A stretch of DNA of 64,000 nt, from the sequence record OR532817.1, one strand, 5' to 3'. The notes under the pieces were generated by a model. That model had not been told where the DNA came from. It saw nothing but the letters and a program-made list of their open reading frames with translations, and searched no databases. Of the stretch, positions 34,858 to 45,350 are shown in pieces. The position numbers and the translations under genes were made by a program. Positions within the stretch are counted from its first letter, which is position 1. Each line of letters starts with the position of its first letter.

Positions 34858-34962
34858 TTTATTTGAATCTGAACCCTCTTAATTGAGGGTTTTGTGATTG
34901 ACTTTCTCTATAATTTAATGTACAATAACAATAAATGTTAATAACATAAGGGGTATTATGTT

Positions 34963-35286
34963 TTGAAAATCACACTAGGTGAAGATAAGTATATCAAATT
35001 TTTAATCAATTTATATCAATCATTTAATTCAATACCAGGAGATACTGAATATGATAGGAATATAAAATTGATTTCTATAATTATGTTAGATACCATATGT
35101 GAACCACATATTGAGTATTTGAACAAAAAATACAAAAACAAAAGAGTAACAGACAGATTTAATCATCCATATTATATTGGATATTTCAAAAGCACCCCAC
35201 TGGCCTTCTTTGCTTATACATTTACTGTTAATTTTCATATGTTCAGTCTTAAAGATTTGTATTTAACTGAGGAGACTTTCGTGTGA
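34963..35286 (+). CDS. Family C protein
   Basis: HIEYLNKKYKN. Confidence 0.7.
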   Translation: MKITLGEDKYIKFLINLYQSFNSIPGDTEYDRNIKLISIIMLDTICEPHIEYLNKKYKNKRVTDRFNHPYYIGYFKSTPLAFFAYTFTVNFHMFSLKDLYLTEETFV

Positions 35287-35576
35287 GTATGTATGAACGA
35301 ATAGATAAAACAGTACTAAAAACTGTACAAATGATTTATCGATTGACTAATTCAAGACACAAATACACTGAAATATTCACTTATACATTTATTGAGTATC
35401 TTAATTCCAGATACGAATATTGTACTATAAATGATGATACATTCAGGGTGGTGGAATTTAAGATTGGGCTATTTGGTATTTTATGTGTGATTAATTGTGA
35501 AAGAACCGGTAGAAATGAATACATTTATACCCATGATTTAGGTGATGTAGATTTTGTTGTACAAAAAACATCATAG
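35283..35576 (+). CDS. Family C protein
   Basis: FIEYLNSRYEY. Confidence 0.7.
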   Translation: MSMYERIDKTVLKTVQMIYRLTNSRHKYTEIFTYTFIEYLNSRYEYCTINDDTFRVVEFKIGLFGILCVINCERTGRNEYIYTHDLGDVDFVVQKTS

Positions 35577-35586
35577 AGATAATATA

Positions 35587-35904
35587 ATGAAACTATCAGA
35601 AGACAAATATTATTGTACTTTAGATTTAATTACTGAATTATTTCTTGATAATAAAATACGAAAAACATATGCTTCTTATACATTGAGTAAATTGCGAGGC
35701 ATTCATTATGAAGAATATATTCAGTACTTATCTATGAAATACAAAAATTCAGTATGTGATGTTTATTCTCATGGAGAAAGTGTCATTCTTGAATTTTCAT
35801 ATGATCAATTTGGTATTTTAATTTATTGTACTAACAATTCATACGGGTTTTGTACTAGATTGGATTTTGTGGAAATATCTTCTTATGAAAAAACTGAAAA
35901 ATAG
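35587..35904 (+). CDS. Family C protein
   Basis: YIQYLSMKYKN. Confidence 0.7.
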   Translation: MKLSEDKYYCTLDLITELFLDNKIRKTYASYTLSKLRGIHYEEYIQYLSMKYKNSVCDVYSHGESVILEFSYDQFGILIYCTNNSYGFCTRLDFVEISSYEKTEK

Positions 35905-36211
35905 TATAGTACACAAAACAATAAAAATGATTAATACTTCTATCATTTATACAGATTTTGTATATTGCTCACAAACATATAAAAATTTATTTGATTTACT
36001 AATGGAACCGTATATTGAATATTTGAGAGAAAAATATATCAACAAACAAGGTTCAAGTTCTTACGGTGTTTCTATGAATTATTTTATAAACATAGTTGAA
36101 ATAAATTCAGATCACGACTGGTTAGTTATTATTAAAGGACAAAATAGCACTTTATGTTCTCAAAATTATGTATATTTCTCAATTGATGATTTTATTATAA
36201 AAGATGAATAA
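35885..36211 (+). CDS. Family C protein
   Basis: YIEYLREKYIN. Confidence 0.7.
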   Translation: MKKLKNSIVHKTIKMINTSIIYTDFVYCSQTYKNLFDLLMEPYIEYLREKYINKQGSSSYGVSMNYFINIVEINSDHDWLVIIKGQNSTLCSQNYVYFSIDDFIIKDE

Positions 36212-36500
36212 AGAAAAAACACAAAGAACGATAGATTATATAGAAGAATTACTTTTTGATGATTTGTATATGGGTAATATTATTCCACACAATGGTTCGT
36301 TTTTACATGATATAACATATGAAATATTAAAACCATTCATGGATTATCTTTATGTAAAATATACAGGAAAATTATGTTTAATTAATTCTCTTAATACCTG
36401 TTCTTATATTACTTCAGTTGAAATAAGAGTTGTTGTTGGTATTGTATTCCTAACCAATTCAGAAAATAGTTACAAAATGAAGGATATAACAATAATATGA
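36204..36500 (+). CDS. Family C protein
   Basis: FMDYLYVKYTG. Confidence 0.7.
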   Translation: MNKEKTQRTIDYIEELLFDDLYMGNIIPHNGSFLHDITYEILKPFMDYLYVKYTGKLCLINSLNTCSYITSVEIRVVVGIVFLTNSENSYKMKDITII

Positions 36501-36706
36501 AAAAGATATCAGATTTGGTATATTATGAAATTTTTTATAAGTACTTTGACAGATTAACTAATACTATTCTGGATAAACCGTACAGAAAATATGAAATTGA
36601 ATTATTGGCGTTTATAGGAACAGATCAACAACAACAATGCCAAGATGATTATATACTATCATTGATTCGATACATGAGATTTTACCAAAATGATGAAGAA
36701 TATTAA
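36497..36706 (+). CDS. Family B microprotein
   Basis: EIELLAFIGTDQQQQCQDDYILSL. Confidence 0.75.
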   Translation: MKKISDLVYYEIFYKYFDRLTNTILDKPYRKYEIELLAFIGTDQQQQCQDDYILSLIRYMRFYQNDEEY

Positions 36707-36884
36707 TATATTCGAAGCAGAAAAACTTCTAAACAAATATGAAAATGAATACAAATACAACCAATGTGATAAATTAAGAAAATCCGAAATTCATTTTTTT
36801 GCGTTACTTGGTACTAATTTTCAGGATAACGTTTATAATTTTTATTTCGGTAATTTACTTAACAAAGCGAGGAATATAAATTAA
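36690..36884 (+). CDS. Family B microprotein
   Basis: EIHFFALLGTNFQDNVYNFYFGNL. Confidence 0.75.
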   Translation: MMKNINIFEAEKLLNKYENEYKYNQCDKLRKSEIHFFALLGTNFQDNVYNFYFGNLLNKARNIN

Positions 36885-36885
36885 T

Positions 36886-37068
36886 ATGAAACAGATTACT
36901 TTAATGGATTTATCTACCAGAAGAATAGTTGCAAGAAGATCAATGACCGAATATAATGAAATTAGATATCATGAATTAAATTTGTTTGCATCACTTGGTA
37001 CTAATTTTCAGGAAAATCACAATCAGATTTATATTACTGCTTTAAAAGATTCATTAAAGGTAAAATAA
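36886..37068 (+). CDS. Family B microprotein
   Basis: ELNLFASLGTNFQENHNQIYITAL. Confidence 0.75.
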   Translation: MKQITLMDLSTRRIVARRSMTEYNEIRYHELNLFASLGTNFQENHNQIYITALKDSLKVK

Positions 37069-37194
37069 AAATAATTTTTAATTTAAACTTGACATTTGTT
37101 AATTTTGTGATATAGTATTAAAATGAAATTCAAGTACTGGATTTTGTACTGAAAATATTTTATCAAATTAAATCGACTCATTGGGGTTAATAAA

Positions 37195-37404
37195 ATGAAA
37201 TACACCGTTATTGGTATTTTGGGTTCAGATATTTGTAGTACTAACACAGCACTGGAAGCAGTACAAGTTGTATTGAAACAGATTCCTTTGAGTGAAAAAA
37301 ATGCGAAAAAGTTTGAAAATCGATTACAAAATGCAAAAGAAGGCTCCACGATTTATATTGAATATGGTGGAGCTTCATGTGCTGTTAAAGTTCACAAGAA
37401 TTAA
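37195..37404 (+). CDS. Hypothetical protein
   Basis: Promoter TTGACA at about 37089. Confidence 0.7.
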   Translation: MKYTVIGILGSDICSTNTALEAVQVVLKQIPLSEKNAKKFENRLQNAKEGSTIYIEYGGASCAVKVHKN

Positions 37405-37412
37405 GGGTTACT

Positions 37413-37685
37413 ATGAAATTAGTTAAAAATATTTTATTCTTTTTTATTTTTAGTATATGTATTACAAATAATGTATATGCCATACAAATGAATTGTGTCA
37501 ATGTACAGGACAATAAATTTTGCACAAGTACAGATGAAAATGGTAATACAGTACGTACCAACATTTATCGTTTTGGCAATATAGAAACCATCGAATCATC
37601 CGGTACTGATTCCAATGGAAACACTTTTGTTAACAAGTGTACTGTAATTAAAATGGATAATTATAGCACTATTAATTGTAATTAA
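37413..37685 (+). CDS. Exported Cys-containing small protein
   Basis: Signal-peptide-like MKLVKNILFFFIFSICITNNVYA; four Cys in the mature part. Confidence 0.7.
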   Translation: MKLVKNILFFFIFSICITNNVYAIQMNCVNVQDNKFCTSTDENGNTVRTNIYRFGNIETIESSGTDSNGNTFVNKCTVIKMDNYSTINCN

Positions 37686-37695
37686 GGTACACTAT

Positions 37696-38091
37696 ATGTC
37701 ATTTATGAAAGATAAAGAATATGCTGACATAATAATTAAAATTATAAAACATTTAAAACAACAAAATTCTGATCTAGGAACTTCAAATTTTAATGAATAT
37801 GCAAGCTTTGGATATTTGTGTTATAATTATAATGAACCAACATTGACTTATTTTTATGATAAAAAAGACAAAGATTTCGACAAGTTTTTAACTAAAATGG
37901 AAGCACTTTCATTTGATATCAGTACAGAAGAAGGTTATTTCCAGGCGTCTTTGATGTATCCAGATTCACAAATGCGAGTAATATTTTTATTTTCAGAATT
38001 GAAAAAGAATTTTAAAAATGATTCATTTGTTATTCCAATGAAGTTACTAAATGATAATTTAATATATAAAGGTTATGACTGTTATGTCTGA
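37696..38091 (+). CDS. Family A protein
   Basis: STEEGYFQASLMY. Confidence 0.8.
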   Translation: MSFMKDKEYADIIIKIIKHLKQQNSDLGTSNFNEYASFGYLCYNYNEPTLTYFYDKKDKDFDKFLTKMEALSFDISTEEGYFQASLMYPDSQMRVIFLFSELKKNFKNDSFVIPMKLLNDNLIYKGYDCYV

Positions 38092-38473
38092 ATTTGAAAA
38101 AATTATTAAACGTTGTGAAATGTATTTTTCTTTTATTACCAAAAATATAGAAAAAACAGAAAGAGAATATGTTTTAAAATGCGAATACAAAGATAATGGA
38201 TTTATCTGTTATACACCAGAAAATGATGAATGTTATTTTTATTTTCCAGATCCAGAATTTGGTTCTTCTGGTATAAAAACAGAAATACCAAATGATGTTC
38301 TAACCGAAGAAGGATATTTTCAGTACTCAACTATTTTTGATAATGAAAAATTATTCAGTATGGTGTTAATGAAATATTTTAAAGATAATTGTGATTTTAG
38401 ATTTTCGGTAGAGGCTACTGATTGTTTTTTTGATTTCCTACAACGAACAGTGTACAATGAAAATACTAACTGA
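38084..38473 (+). CDS. Family A protein
   Basis: LTEEGYFQYSTIF. Confidence 0.8.
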   Translation: MSEFEKIIKRCEMYFSFITKNIEKTEREYVLKCEYKDNGFICYTPENDECYFYFPDPEFGSSGIKTEIPNDVLTEEGYFQYSTIFDNEKLFSMVLMKYFKDNCDFRFSVEATDCFFDFLQRTVYNENTN

Positions 38474-38651
38474 TAGTGATTGCTACAGAATATGTTCTGA
38501 AGTATCTTTAAACTCAATCAATAAAAATAAAGCACAACGTGCAGAACTAATATTAGTAAGATTTATGGGTACAAACTTTGAAGGAATTGCTTTGTATAAT
38601 TATATGAATTGTTTAATGGAATATTGTAATGAGTTACATAAAAGAAAGTAG
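38457..38651 (+). CDS. Family B microprotein
   Basis: ELILVRFMGTNFEGIALYNYMNCL. Confidence 0.7.
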   Translation: MKILTDSDCYRICSEVSLNSINKNKAQRAELILVRFMGTNFEGIALYNYMNCLMEYCNELHKRK

Positions 38652-39051
38652 TTACGAAAGAGATATTTTTATGTGTTCAGAAATAATGAGAATTCATGAA
38701 CGATTTATTGGTCTTGATTCTTTGGTGTGGAGTTTCAGAGAGGATGCATATTTAATTTTCAGTCCAGGAACTAAAAATTATATACAATACCATCTTTCAT
38801 CACAAGAACAAAAAGAGTTATTTTTTAAAGGATCTGCTGTACCGAGTTCAATCGATCTGGGTTATCCTCTTAAAGAAGACATTGATTTGTGTACAGAAGA
38901 AGGCTATTTTCAGGGTTCATTAATTCTTGACAAAAAATATTTAACATTATATACTATCTTTCAGTACCTTGATAAAAATTGTAATTCTGCGTTCTCTATT
39001 GATATGGTACCTTTTTTGAAGGGGTTTAGACGAAAATATGAAAATAGTTGA
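38629..39051 (+). CDS. Family A protein
   Basis: CTEEGYFQGSLI. Confidence 0.8.
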   Translation: MSYIKESSYERDIFMCSEIMRIHERFIGLDSLVWSFREDAYLIFSPGTKNYIQYHLSSQEQKELFFKGSAVPSSIDLGYPLKEDIDLCTEEGYFQGSLILDKKYLTLYTIFQYLDKNCNSAFSIDMVPFLKGFRRKYENS

Positions 39052-39433
39052 TTATGATTACCAAAGGGATCTGGCTATATCTAATATCATTTTGGAACTC
39101 TGTGAAGATGATCCTTATTATACTGTAGTTCGAGGGTATAGTAATAATGAATACAAAAGTGATGGGTTTTTGGTTTATTCCAATGGAACACCCGTAAATG
39201 AAATTCTTGTATTTCCAATGTTCAATGAAATACTACAAAAGAACATGGTACCAAATAAACTTGTTAAATTAGTCCAAACAGATTTGTTGTCCGAAGAATC
39301 ATATTTTCAACACAGTACTTTATATGATGCATTTGAATTACATGTTATGTTTATTTTTCAGTACTTAATGAAATATAGTACACATTCAGTATCAATGCCA
39401 ATGAGATCAATCTGGAATGAATATGAAAAATAG
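39038..39433 (+). CDS. Family A protein
   Basis: LSEESYFQHSTLY. Confidence 0.8.
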   Translation: MKIVDYDYQRDLAISNIILELCEDDPYYTVVRGYSNNEYKSDGFLVYSNGTPVNEILVFPMFNEILQKNMVPNKLVKLVQTDLLSEESYFQHSTLYDAFELHVMFIFQYLMKYSTHSVSMPMRSIWNEYEK

Positions 39434-39965
39434 TTATATCTATGATGAAAAAGAAAACAAAGGTGAATTAATTCAACACATGACTATACAAGAATGTTTT
39501 GAATACGCTGATAAAGTAATTGATTTATATAATATCTTACATAATAAACCAAAAATCAAAATACTCAATTTAGCTGAACTAGAGTCAGATAAATCAAGAA
39601 AATACAAATCTTTTGAATATACAAGTAATGATAATTTAAATGATTTAGTTTATTCAGAAGATGACCATTATTTTATAGGTACTTCATTTATTGAGATTTA
39701 TTCAGGAATACGATATATTCCAGAGAGTGTTCATAAAATATTAGGTATAACATCAGGTGGTGGAACATCTAACCTCATTGATATCGGTGATGTTATCATT
39801 GAAAACACGGAAGAGGATATCTTTCAGTACAGCACAGTTTACAGTGATCACGAATTGAAGCATTTGATTATTTTAAGTGCAATTAAAAAGAATAATTGTA
39901 GAGAGTTCTTTATGGATTTGAATTATTTGGAATTTTTATTAGATTATCATTATAACTTAAATTAA
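39417..39965 (+). CDS. Family A protein
   Basis: TEEDIFQYSTVY. Confidence 0.8.
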   Translation: MNMKNSYIYDEKENKGELIQHMTIQECFEYADKVIDLYNILHNKPKIKILNLAELESDKSRKYKSFEYTSNDNLNDLVYSEDDHYFIGTSFIEIYSGIRYIPESVHKILGITSGGGTSNLIDIGDVIIENTEEDIFQYSTVYSDHELKHLIILSAIKKNNCREFFMDLNYLEFLLDYHYNLN

Positions 39966-39973
39966 AAAATATT

Positions 39974-40495
39974 ATGAAATCAATTTATACTGAAAGTATT
40001 AAAATCATTAATGACATTGATGATTTCTTTAAATATGTAAATTCAAATTCTTATTATGCACTTCATAATTTGAATATACTAATTTTTGATCATCCAGGTT
40101 CTGTTATTTCTGCATTTGAACCTAAAAATTTTTATCAAATCTGTTTAATTAGAGATAATGTCCAGGAATCAATTTTTAAGGTATCATTGAATACGAGATA
40201 TGAATACTGGAACGAATCAAAAATGTTCTATTTTGACGCGAGCAGAAATGAATTTTCAATATGTGAAAAAACAAAAATCCAAAATACTGTTGATATTTTG
40301 GAATATGATAACAATATAGAAGAGTTAGCATTCCAGTACAGTACTGAAGTACAACTGGAATTTGTTCCTGTTTGTGTATTGGCTTCGTACTTAAAGAAGA
40401 ATCACGACCCGAAATACCCATTATTTAAACTGATACTCAACGATGTTGATTTTTTATTAAAACGATTCAAGGAAATAGAAGACTATGATTGGTAA
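39974..40495 (+). CDS. Family A protein
   Basis: IEELAFQYSTEV. Confidence 0.8.
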   Translation: MKSIYTESIKIINDIDDFFKYVNSNSYYALHNLNILIFDHPGSVISAFEPKNFYQICLIRDNVQESIFKVSLNTRYEYWNESKMFYFDASRNEFSICEKTKIQNTVDILEYDNNIEELAFQYSTEVQLEFVPVCVLASYLKKNHDPKYPLFKLILNDVDFLLKRFKEIEDYDW

Positions 40496-40976
40496 TTTAA
40501 TTGATTTTAATTCGGTATTAAAATTCTCAGAGAATTTAATTAAAATTCACAAAGCATTTACTGATGGTTTCTTTTTGAAAGTACCGAATTTTTGTACTAA
40601 ACTGGAAGAAATACAAGGTGAGTATGAATATTCGGTTAATCAACCAATAAAATGTTCACAAATGTATACCAGTTTAACTGAAGAATATATTATTGATATT
40701 AATGATATATATTTTATATCTTTCAATCCTGATTCAGTACTTGAGATATACATTAATGCCGTTAGATCAAAAGTACTTAGTACAAAAGATGTAAATTCAT
40801 TTGATATATCAGAAGAGGGTTACTTCCAGGGAAGCACGATTTATGAACCAGCAATGTTAAATTCTATTTTCATTGCATCTGTTCTAAATCGAAGTGATTG
40901 TGATAAATTTTATTTTGATTTAGATTATTATGATCTTTGTGTTGAGTATATGGAAAAATATAATTATGTTCAATGA
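40485..40976 (+). CDS. Family A protein
   Basis: SEEGYFQGSTIY. Confidence 0.8.
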   Translation: MIGNLIDFNSVLKFSENLIKIHKAFTDGFFLKVPNFCTKLEEIQGEYEYSVNQPIKCSQMYTSLTEEYIIDINDIYFISFNPDSVLEIYINAVRSKVLSTKDVNSFDISEEGYFQGSTIYEPAMLNSIFIASVLNRSDCDKFYFDLDYYDLCVEYMEKYNYVQ

Positions 40977-41457
40977 ACGTATCAGAACTGCACAAGAAAT
41001 TATTCAAATTATAGTAGCAATCGAATCTACTGATAAAAAGTATGATGATTTCAAAAGTAATTTTACAGAAAAATATATTCAGGACTCGGATTTTATTCAG
41101 TACTATATTAAAGGTGAAGAAAATGTATTCTATGCAAATGAAACATATATTTGTGATTATGACAATTCTTCTAGATTTAATTACATCTGTTTTATTCCAA
41201 AATCAAATATTATAGTATTTCGCCTTTGTGATGAATTCGAAACAATATATGAATATGAACTGTTTAAAGATTTTTCAGAAGAACTGGCATTTCAGTACAG
41301 TACATTGTACAATTATGATATAATTGAAATGATGATTATGTTCTGGTATTTTAACCAGATCTACAATGGCTCTTTTTATATTAATATGAATTTATTTGAA
41401 AAAGCCAAAAAAATATATGAGAGATATCATGACTTCGAATACAAATCCATTAATTGA
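40966..41457 (+). CDS. Family A protein
   Basis: SEELAFQYSTLY. Confidence 0.8.
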   Translation: MFNERIRTAQEIIQIIVAIESTDKKYDDFKSNFTEKYIQDSDFIQYYIKGEENVFYANETYICDYDNSSRFNYICFIPKSNIIVFRLCDEFETIYEYELFKDFSEELAFQYSTLYNYDIIEMMIMFWYFNQIYNGSFYINMNLFEKAKKIYERYHDFEYKSIN

Positions 41458-42019
41458 ACAAGATAGTCAATTTTTTTACGAAAAAATAACTAATAGTATA
41501 GAATTATTAAAAAATATAGTCACTTATTTAAATCAAAATGATATGGAATATGTTGCTCATAAAACTGGCGATTTGTATTTTTATATTACAAATGAAAACC
41601 CTCGTATTATGTCATTCCACACTGGTGAATATTCTTTTATGGATTTTTATACCAGTACAGAAAAGAAAGATGGTAGAAATTCAGTAGACATATTCAATAA
41701 TAAAAAGAAAACGTGTATAGATTTTAATATACTACAAAATACTGATTCTTTTTTTCTCTCAGATTCCAGAAATGGTGCAGCGAATGTAATTGATGCGTCA
41801 AAAATAATCGAATTGCCTATAATTAAAGTTCAAACAGAAGAAGAAAGATTTCAGTACAGTACTGTGTATAATGATATTGAATTGCGTAGTATTGAATTGT
41901 ATTATAAATTTATGAAAGAACAATTGTATTTTTACGTTACATTAGATGGTGTTGAAGAAATTCAAACTGTACTTCAAACAATACATAATGATTTACCAAA
42001 ATATATAAGGAAAAAATAA
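41429..42019 (+). CDS. Family A protein
   Basis: TEEERFQYSTVY. Confidence 0.8.
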   Translation: MTSNTNPLIEQDSQFFYEKITNSIELLKNIVTYLNQNDMEYVAHKTGDLYFYITNENPRIMSFHTGEYSFMDFYTSTEKKDGRNSVDIFNNKKKTCIDFNILQNTDSFFLSDSRNGAANVIDASKIIELPIIKVQTEEERFQYSTVYNDIELRSIELYYKFMKEQLYFYVTLDGVEEIQTVLQTIHNDLPKYIRKK

Positions 42020-42516
42020 TGAATAGTGAATATAAAAAATCTAAACACATCACGGATTCGTTGGTAAAATTAATCAAATCAATACTGAATGGTGCAATCG
42101 ATGGACGACTAATCTATGATGACAGTGATGACACTATTAATGTTACATTAAAATCCAACAAAAAGAGTTATAGGAATTTATTTTCTACCGGGTGGTATTA
42201 TAGTGAGTATTTACTTGAAGACAACTCTTCATTGGGATATTCAGAAACTCATTATTTTGCTTTTGACCCAAATGATAGTTCTCTTGTTGTGACTATTCGA
42301 CAATGCAATGGTAAAAGAACAAGAGAGAAACTTAGTACAACTGGACTTAATATAGATACAGAAGAAGAGTGGTTCCAGTACAGTACTTTATATAATGATA
42401 CTGAACTATTTTCTATTATGTTATGGTGTGCATTTAAGAAAGAAAACTTCCCATCATGTTTAGTAGAATTTTCAGAATTTTTCAAATATTTGGAAGAAAC
42501 AAATGCTATTATCTGA
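42019..42516 (+). CDS. Family A protein
   Basis: TEEEWFQYSTLY. Confidence 0.8.
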   Translation: MNSEYKKSKHITDSLVKLIKSILNGAIDGRLIYDDSDDTINVTLKSNKKSYRNLFSTGWYYSEYLLEDNSSLGYSETHYFAFDPNDSSLVVTIRQCNGKRTREKLSTTGLNIDTEEEWFQYSTLYNDTELFSIMLWCAFKKENFPSCLVEFSEFFKYLEETNAII

Positions 42517-43084
42517 TATCAAATCTTTTAGTACTGAACTGGATGTAATTAAAAATATCATTATTAAGATGATTGAAATTCACAGAACTAAAAGACGATA
42601 TACGTCTTTTAGCGAAGAAGGTTTTGAACTTGAGCGTGGATTGTTTCATATTGATTTGATGATTAGTGATTATGAATGTATTTTTAGTTTAAGAAACGAT
42701 TCGTCTCAAATGAAAAATACTGGGATTGATTTATCCATTATTCCACATCATCAAATTATACTTGGTGGTTCTGGAAACGTATACATTTCACCATTCGAAT
42801 CTGGATTTAGTAGAAGTATAGCTTTACCAAAAAATGAAGGTAGTGAACCTTACATTTTAATTAACGATGATGCACTTGATGAATGGAAATTTCAGTTAAG
42901 CACATTATATGATCCAATAATAGTTGATATAATCAACCTAGAAGAAGAACTAAGAGAGAACTTAGCCTCTTTGGAGCACAACAATAATGTATATGCACCT
43001 TTGTTATTGGTTGTTGATTTAAAATGTTTAGAAAAGAAAAAACACGATTTGAATTCTATGCTAGAATTTTTAGAGAACATATAA
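42503..43084 (+). CDS. Family A protein
   Basis: LDEWKFQLSTLY. Confidence 0.8.
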   Translation: MLLSDIKSFSTELDVIKNIIIKMIEIHRTKRRYTSFSEEGFELERGLFHIDLMISDYECIFSLRNDSSQMKNTGIDLSIIPHHQIILGGSGNVYISPFESGFSRSIALPKNEGSEPYILINDDALDEWKFQLSTLYDPIIVDIINLEEELRENLASLEHNNNVYAPLLLVVDLKCLEKKKHDLNSMLEFLENI

Positions 43085-43087
43085 AAC

Positions 43088-43696
43088 ATGAAATTAGAAT
43101 ATTTCCCAAATTTAGAATACAAACATTGTATTGCTTATTCAATGTTTGTGGAAGATTTAATTAACGCATTACATGATCCAGAAATACGAAGAGAATGTAG
43201 AATTATAAGAATAGAAAATGATAGATTTTATATCAACACTGGAATTAGAAAAATAGATCTTGATATATTAAGTGTGGATACATCCGCTACACCAACCTTG
43301 ATTTCTTCCAGAGTTGGTAATTTCGAATTTTACTGGACTCACTGTTATGAATTCAATAAAGATTCTAAACATGATTTTATGATAGATGGTGATTTGTGCG
43401 AAAAAATTAAGTACTGTCATGACTACACAGAAGAAATGTTCTTTCAAAACAGCTTATTATACAAAAACTGTGATTTGTTTTATATCATATTATTCAATTA
43501 TTTAAAATGTAATTTAAATCATTCATTCTGTATGGCATCTGCACCCATCCCTGAAGATTTTTTTAAATTAATTCCAAATTTACTTTACATTGCTACAGAA
43601 AAGGGGTATTATGGTGATCTGTTAGAGTTGATGAAAAATATTCATCCAAATAACAACGATAAAAGTTCATATCTATCAGGATTTAGCAATCTATGA
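43088..43696 (+). CDS. Family A protein
   Basis: TEEMFFQNSLLY. Confidence 0.8.
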   Translation: MKLEYFPNLEYKHCIAYSMFVEDLINALHDPEIRRECRIIRIENDRFYINTGIRKIDLDILSVDTSATPTLISSRVGNFEFYWTHCYEFNKDSKHDFMIDGDLCEKIKYCHDYTEEMFFQNSLLYKNCDLFYIILFNYLKCNLNHSFCMASAPIPEDFFKLIPNLLYIATEKGYYGDLLELMKNIHPNNNDKSSYLSGFSNL

Positions 43697-44256
43697 CATA
43701 CGAAGAATACAAAAAGACAATACCAGTACTCGCTGAAATTGTTTCATTACTAAAAAATCATCTAAGTAAAAGAACCATATACAACGATAGATTCTTCACC
43801 TTACCCAAATCCAATTTTTATATAAAACAAATCAATGATGCTGATATTGACATAAGAATTTCAAAAAATAGTGATTCTATTATTCGCGTTGCAAAAGAAT
43901 CTCAGTGTTTTGATGGAGAGATTCCTATGTTACTTCGTCAGTTCGGTGATGTATATTGTTCATCCAGAAAACACCCAGGGTACATTAAAATATATTCAAG
44001 TGAAAGTGACATAGATTTACTGGATGTTGAATGCCCAGAAGAGCAATTATTTCAATATAGTACAATTCTTTCTAATATAGATCTTATCGTACTTGAACTT
44101 GAGTTAGAACTTCAAAAAGTACTTGACGAAAATGTTTACTGTGTAATTACATTATTCTATGATAATGATTACTATAGTGAATGTGCTTCATACAATGATT
44201 ATGTAAATCTACGAGATGATTTAAAAGATGAAAAAAGAACATGGGAACATTATTAA
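43693..44256 (+). CDS. Family A protein
   Basis: PEEQLFQYSTIL. Confidence 0.8.
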   Translation: MTYEEYKKTIPVLAEIVSLLKNHLSKRTIYNDRFFTLPKSNFYIKQINDADIDIRISKNSDSIIRVAKESQCFDGEIPMLLRQFGDVYCSSRKHPGYIKIYSSESDIDLLDVECPEEQLFQYSTILSNIDLIVLELELELQKVLDENVYCVITLFYDNDYYSECASYNDYVNLRDDLKDEKRTWEHY

Positions 44257-44812
44257 GAACTTAAAAGTTATTAAAGAATTAAGCACTGCTATGATTTTGT
44301 TGTACAAAAATACAGACAAAATTAATGCTGATAATTATATTCTAAGTACTACCAGATTAAATCCATACGAAAATGGAACATTGTACTTGAGAACAAAAGC
44401 ATCTCAAAATATCATTGGAATTATGAATGAATCAGTTTGCCTGGAAGAATATGCATACAAAGATGAAGAGGTACCTGGTAATTACAGGGTTATTATACGA
44501 GATTCGGCATTCTTCTTATGTAGTCCGATGAATCCATTTTTCAATAAAATATATGCTGATTTTAATTATACAAATGGTGTTGAAACTTTTCCTATTCCCA
44601 GTGAAGATACATGGGAAGAAGAGATGTTTCAACTATCATTAGTAGTACCAAATATGGTATGTTCCGAAGTACTGGAATTATATAAAGAAATACACAATAA
44701 TATTGAAAGTCATTTTTATATTTCATATGAATATGAAAATTATGATACCACATTATTAAAAGATGCATTAAATGACGTTAAAAAATTTATCAAGCACTAC
44801 ATCAACAAATGA
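44228..44812 (+). CDS. Family A protein
   Basis: WEEEMFQLSLVV. Confidence 0.8.
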   Translation: MKKEHGNIIKNLKVIKELSTAMILLYKNTDKINADNYILSTTRLNPYENGTLYLRTKASQNIIGIMNESVCLEEYAYKDEEVPGNYRVIIRDSAFFLCSPMNPFFNKIYADFNYTNGVETFPIPSEDTWEEEMFQLSLVVPNMVCSEVLELYKEIHNNIESHFYISYEYENYDTTLLKDALNDVKKFIKHYINK

Positions 44813-45350
44813 TACTGAAATGTACTTATTGTACAAAAATATTTTACTTGAATTAAAAAGATTATTGCATACTGATAATGTACGCGATAATTATCTACAT
44901 CAAGATATAAATGGTGAAATTTATTGTATAATTTCTGATGGTAAAATCGCATTATATGCTAATTCCGAAAATATAGCATTCACTTATGTTTTATTTGCTT
45001 ATTCGTTTAATTCACCAAATTACGTATCAGAAAAATATAGAGTAGAATATGATTCATATGTATACTTTGATCGTGATAATTCAACAAATGAATATATGAT
45101 TAATCACGAAACAAATAATATCATCCCATTGATTAAAGAAAATGAGTTGAGTTCAGATGAATTAGAAAGTTTATTATTCCAACATAATACACTGTATTCA
45201 GATGAAGATAAATTTTGTATTTGGATGGATTATTATATCAGAGACTACATCGAAGATGGATATTATTTCTGTGTAAACTACAACAGACTAAATGAATTCA
45301 GTACTGACATATATGAAAATATTCTATTGGAATTAAAGAAATATGATTGA
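44772..45350 (+). CDS. Family A protein
   Basis: LESLLFQHNTLY; true start may be downstream. Confidence 0.75.
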   Translation: MTLKNLSSTTSTNDTEMYLLYKNILLELKRLLHTDNVRDNYLHQDINGEIYCIISDGKIALYANSENIAFTYVLFAYSFNSPNYVSEKYRVEYDSYVYFDRDNSTNEYMINHETNNIIPLIKENELSSDELESLLFQHNTLYSDEDKFCIWMDYYIRDYIEDGYYFCVNYNRLNEFSTDIYENILLELKKYD

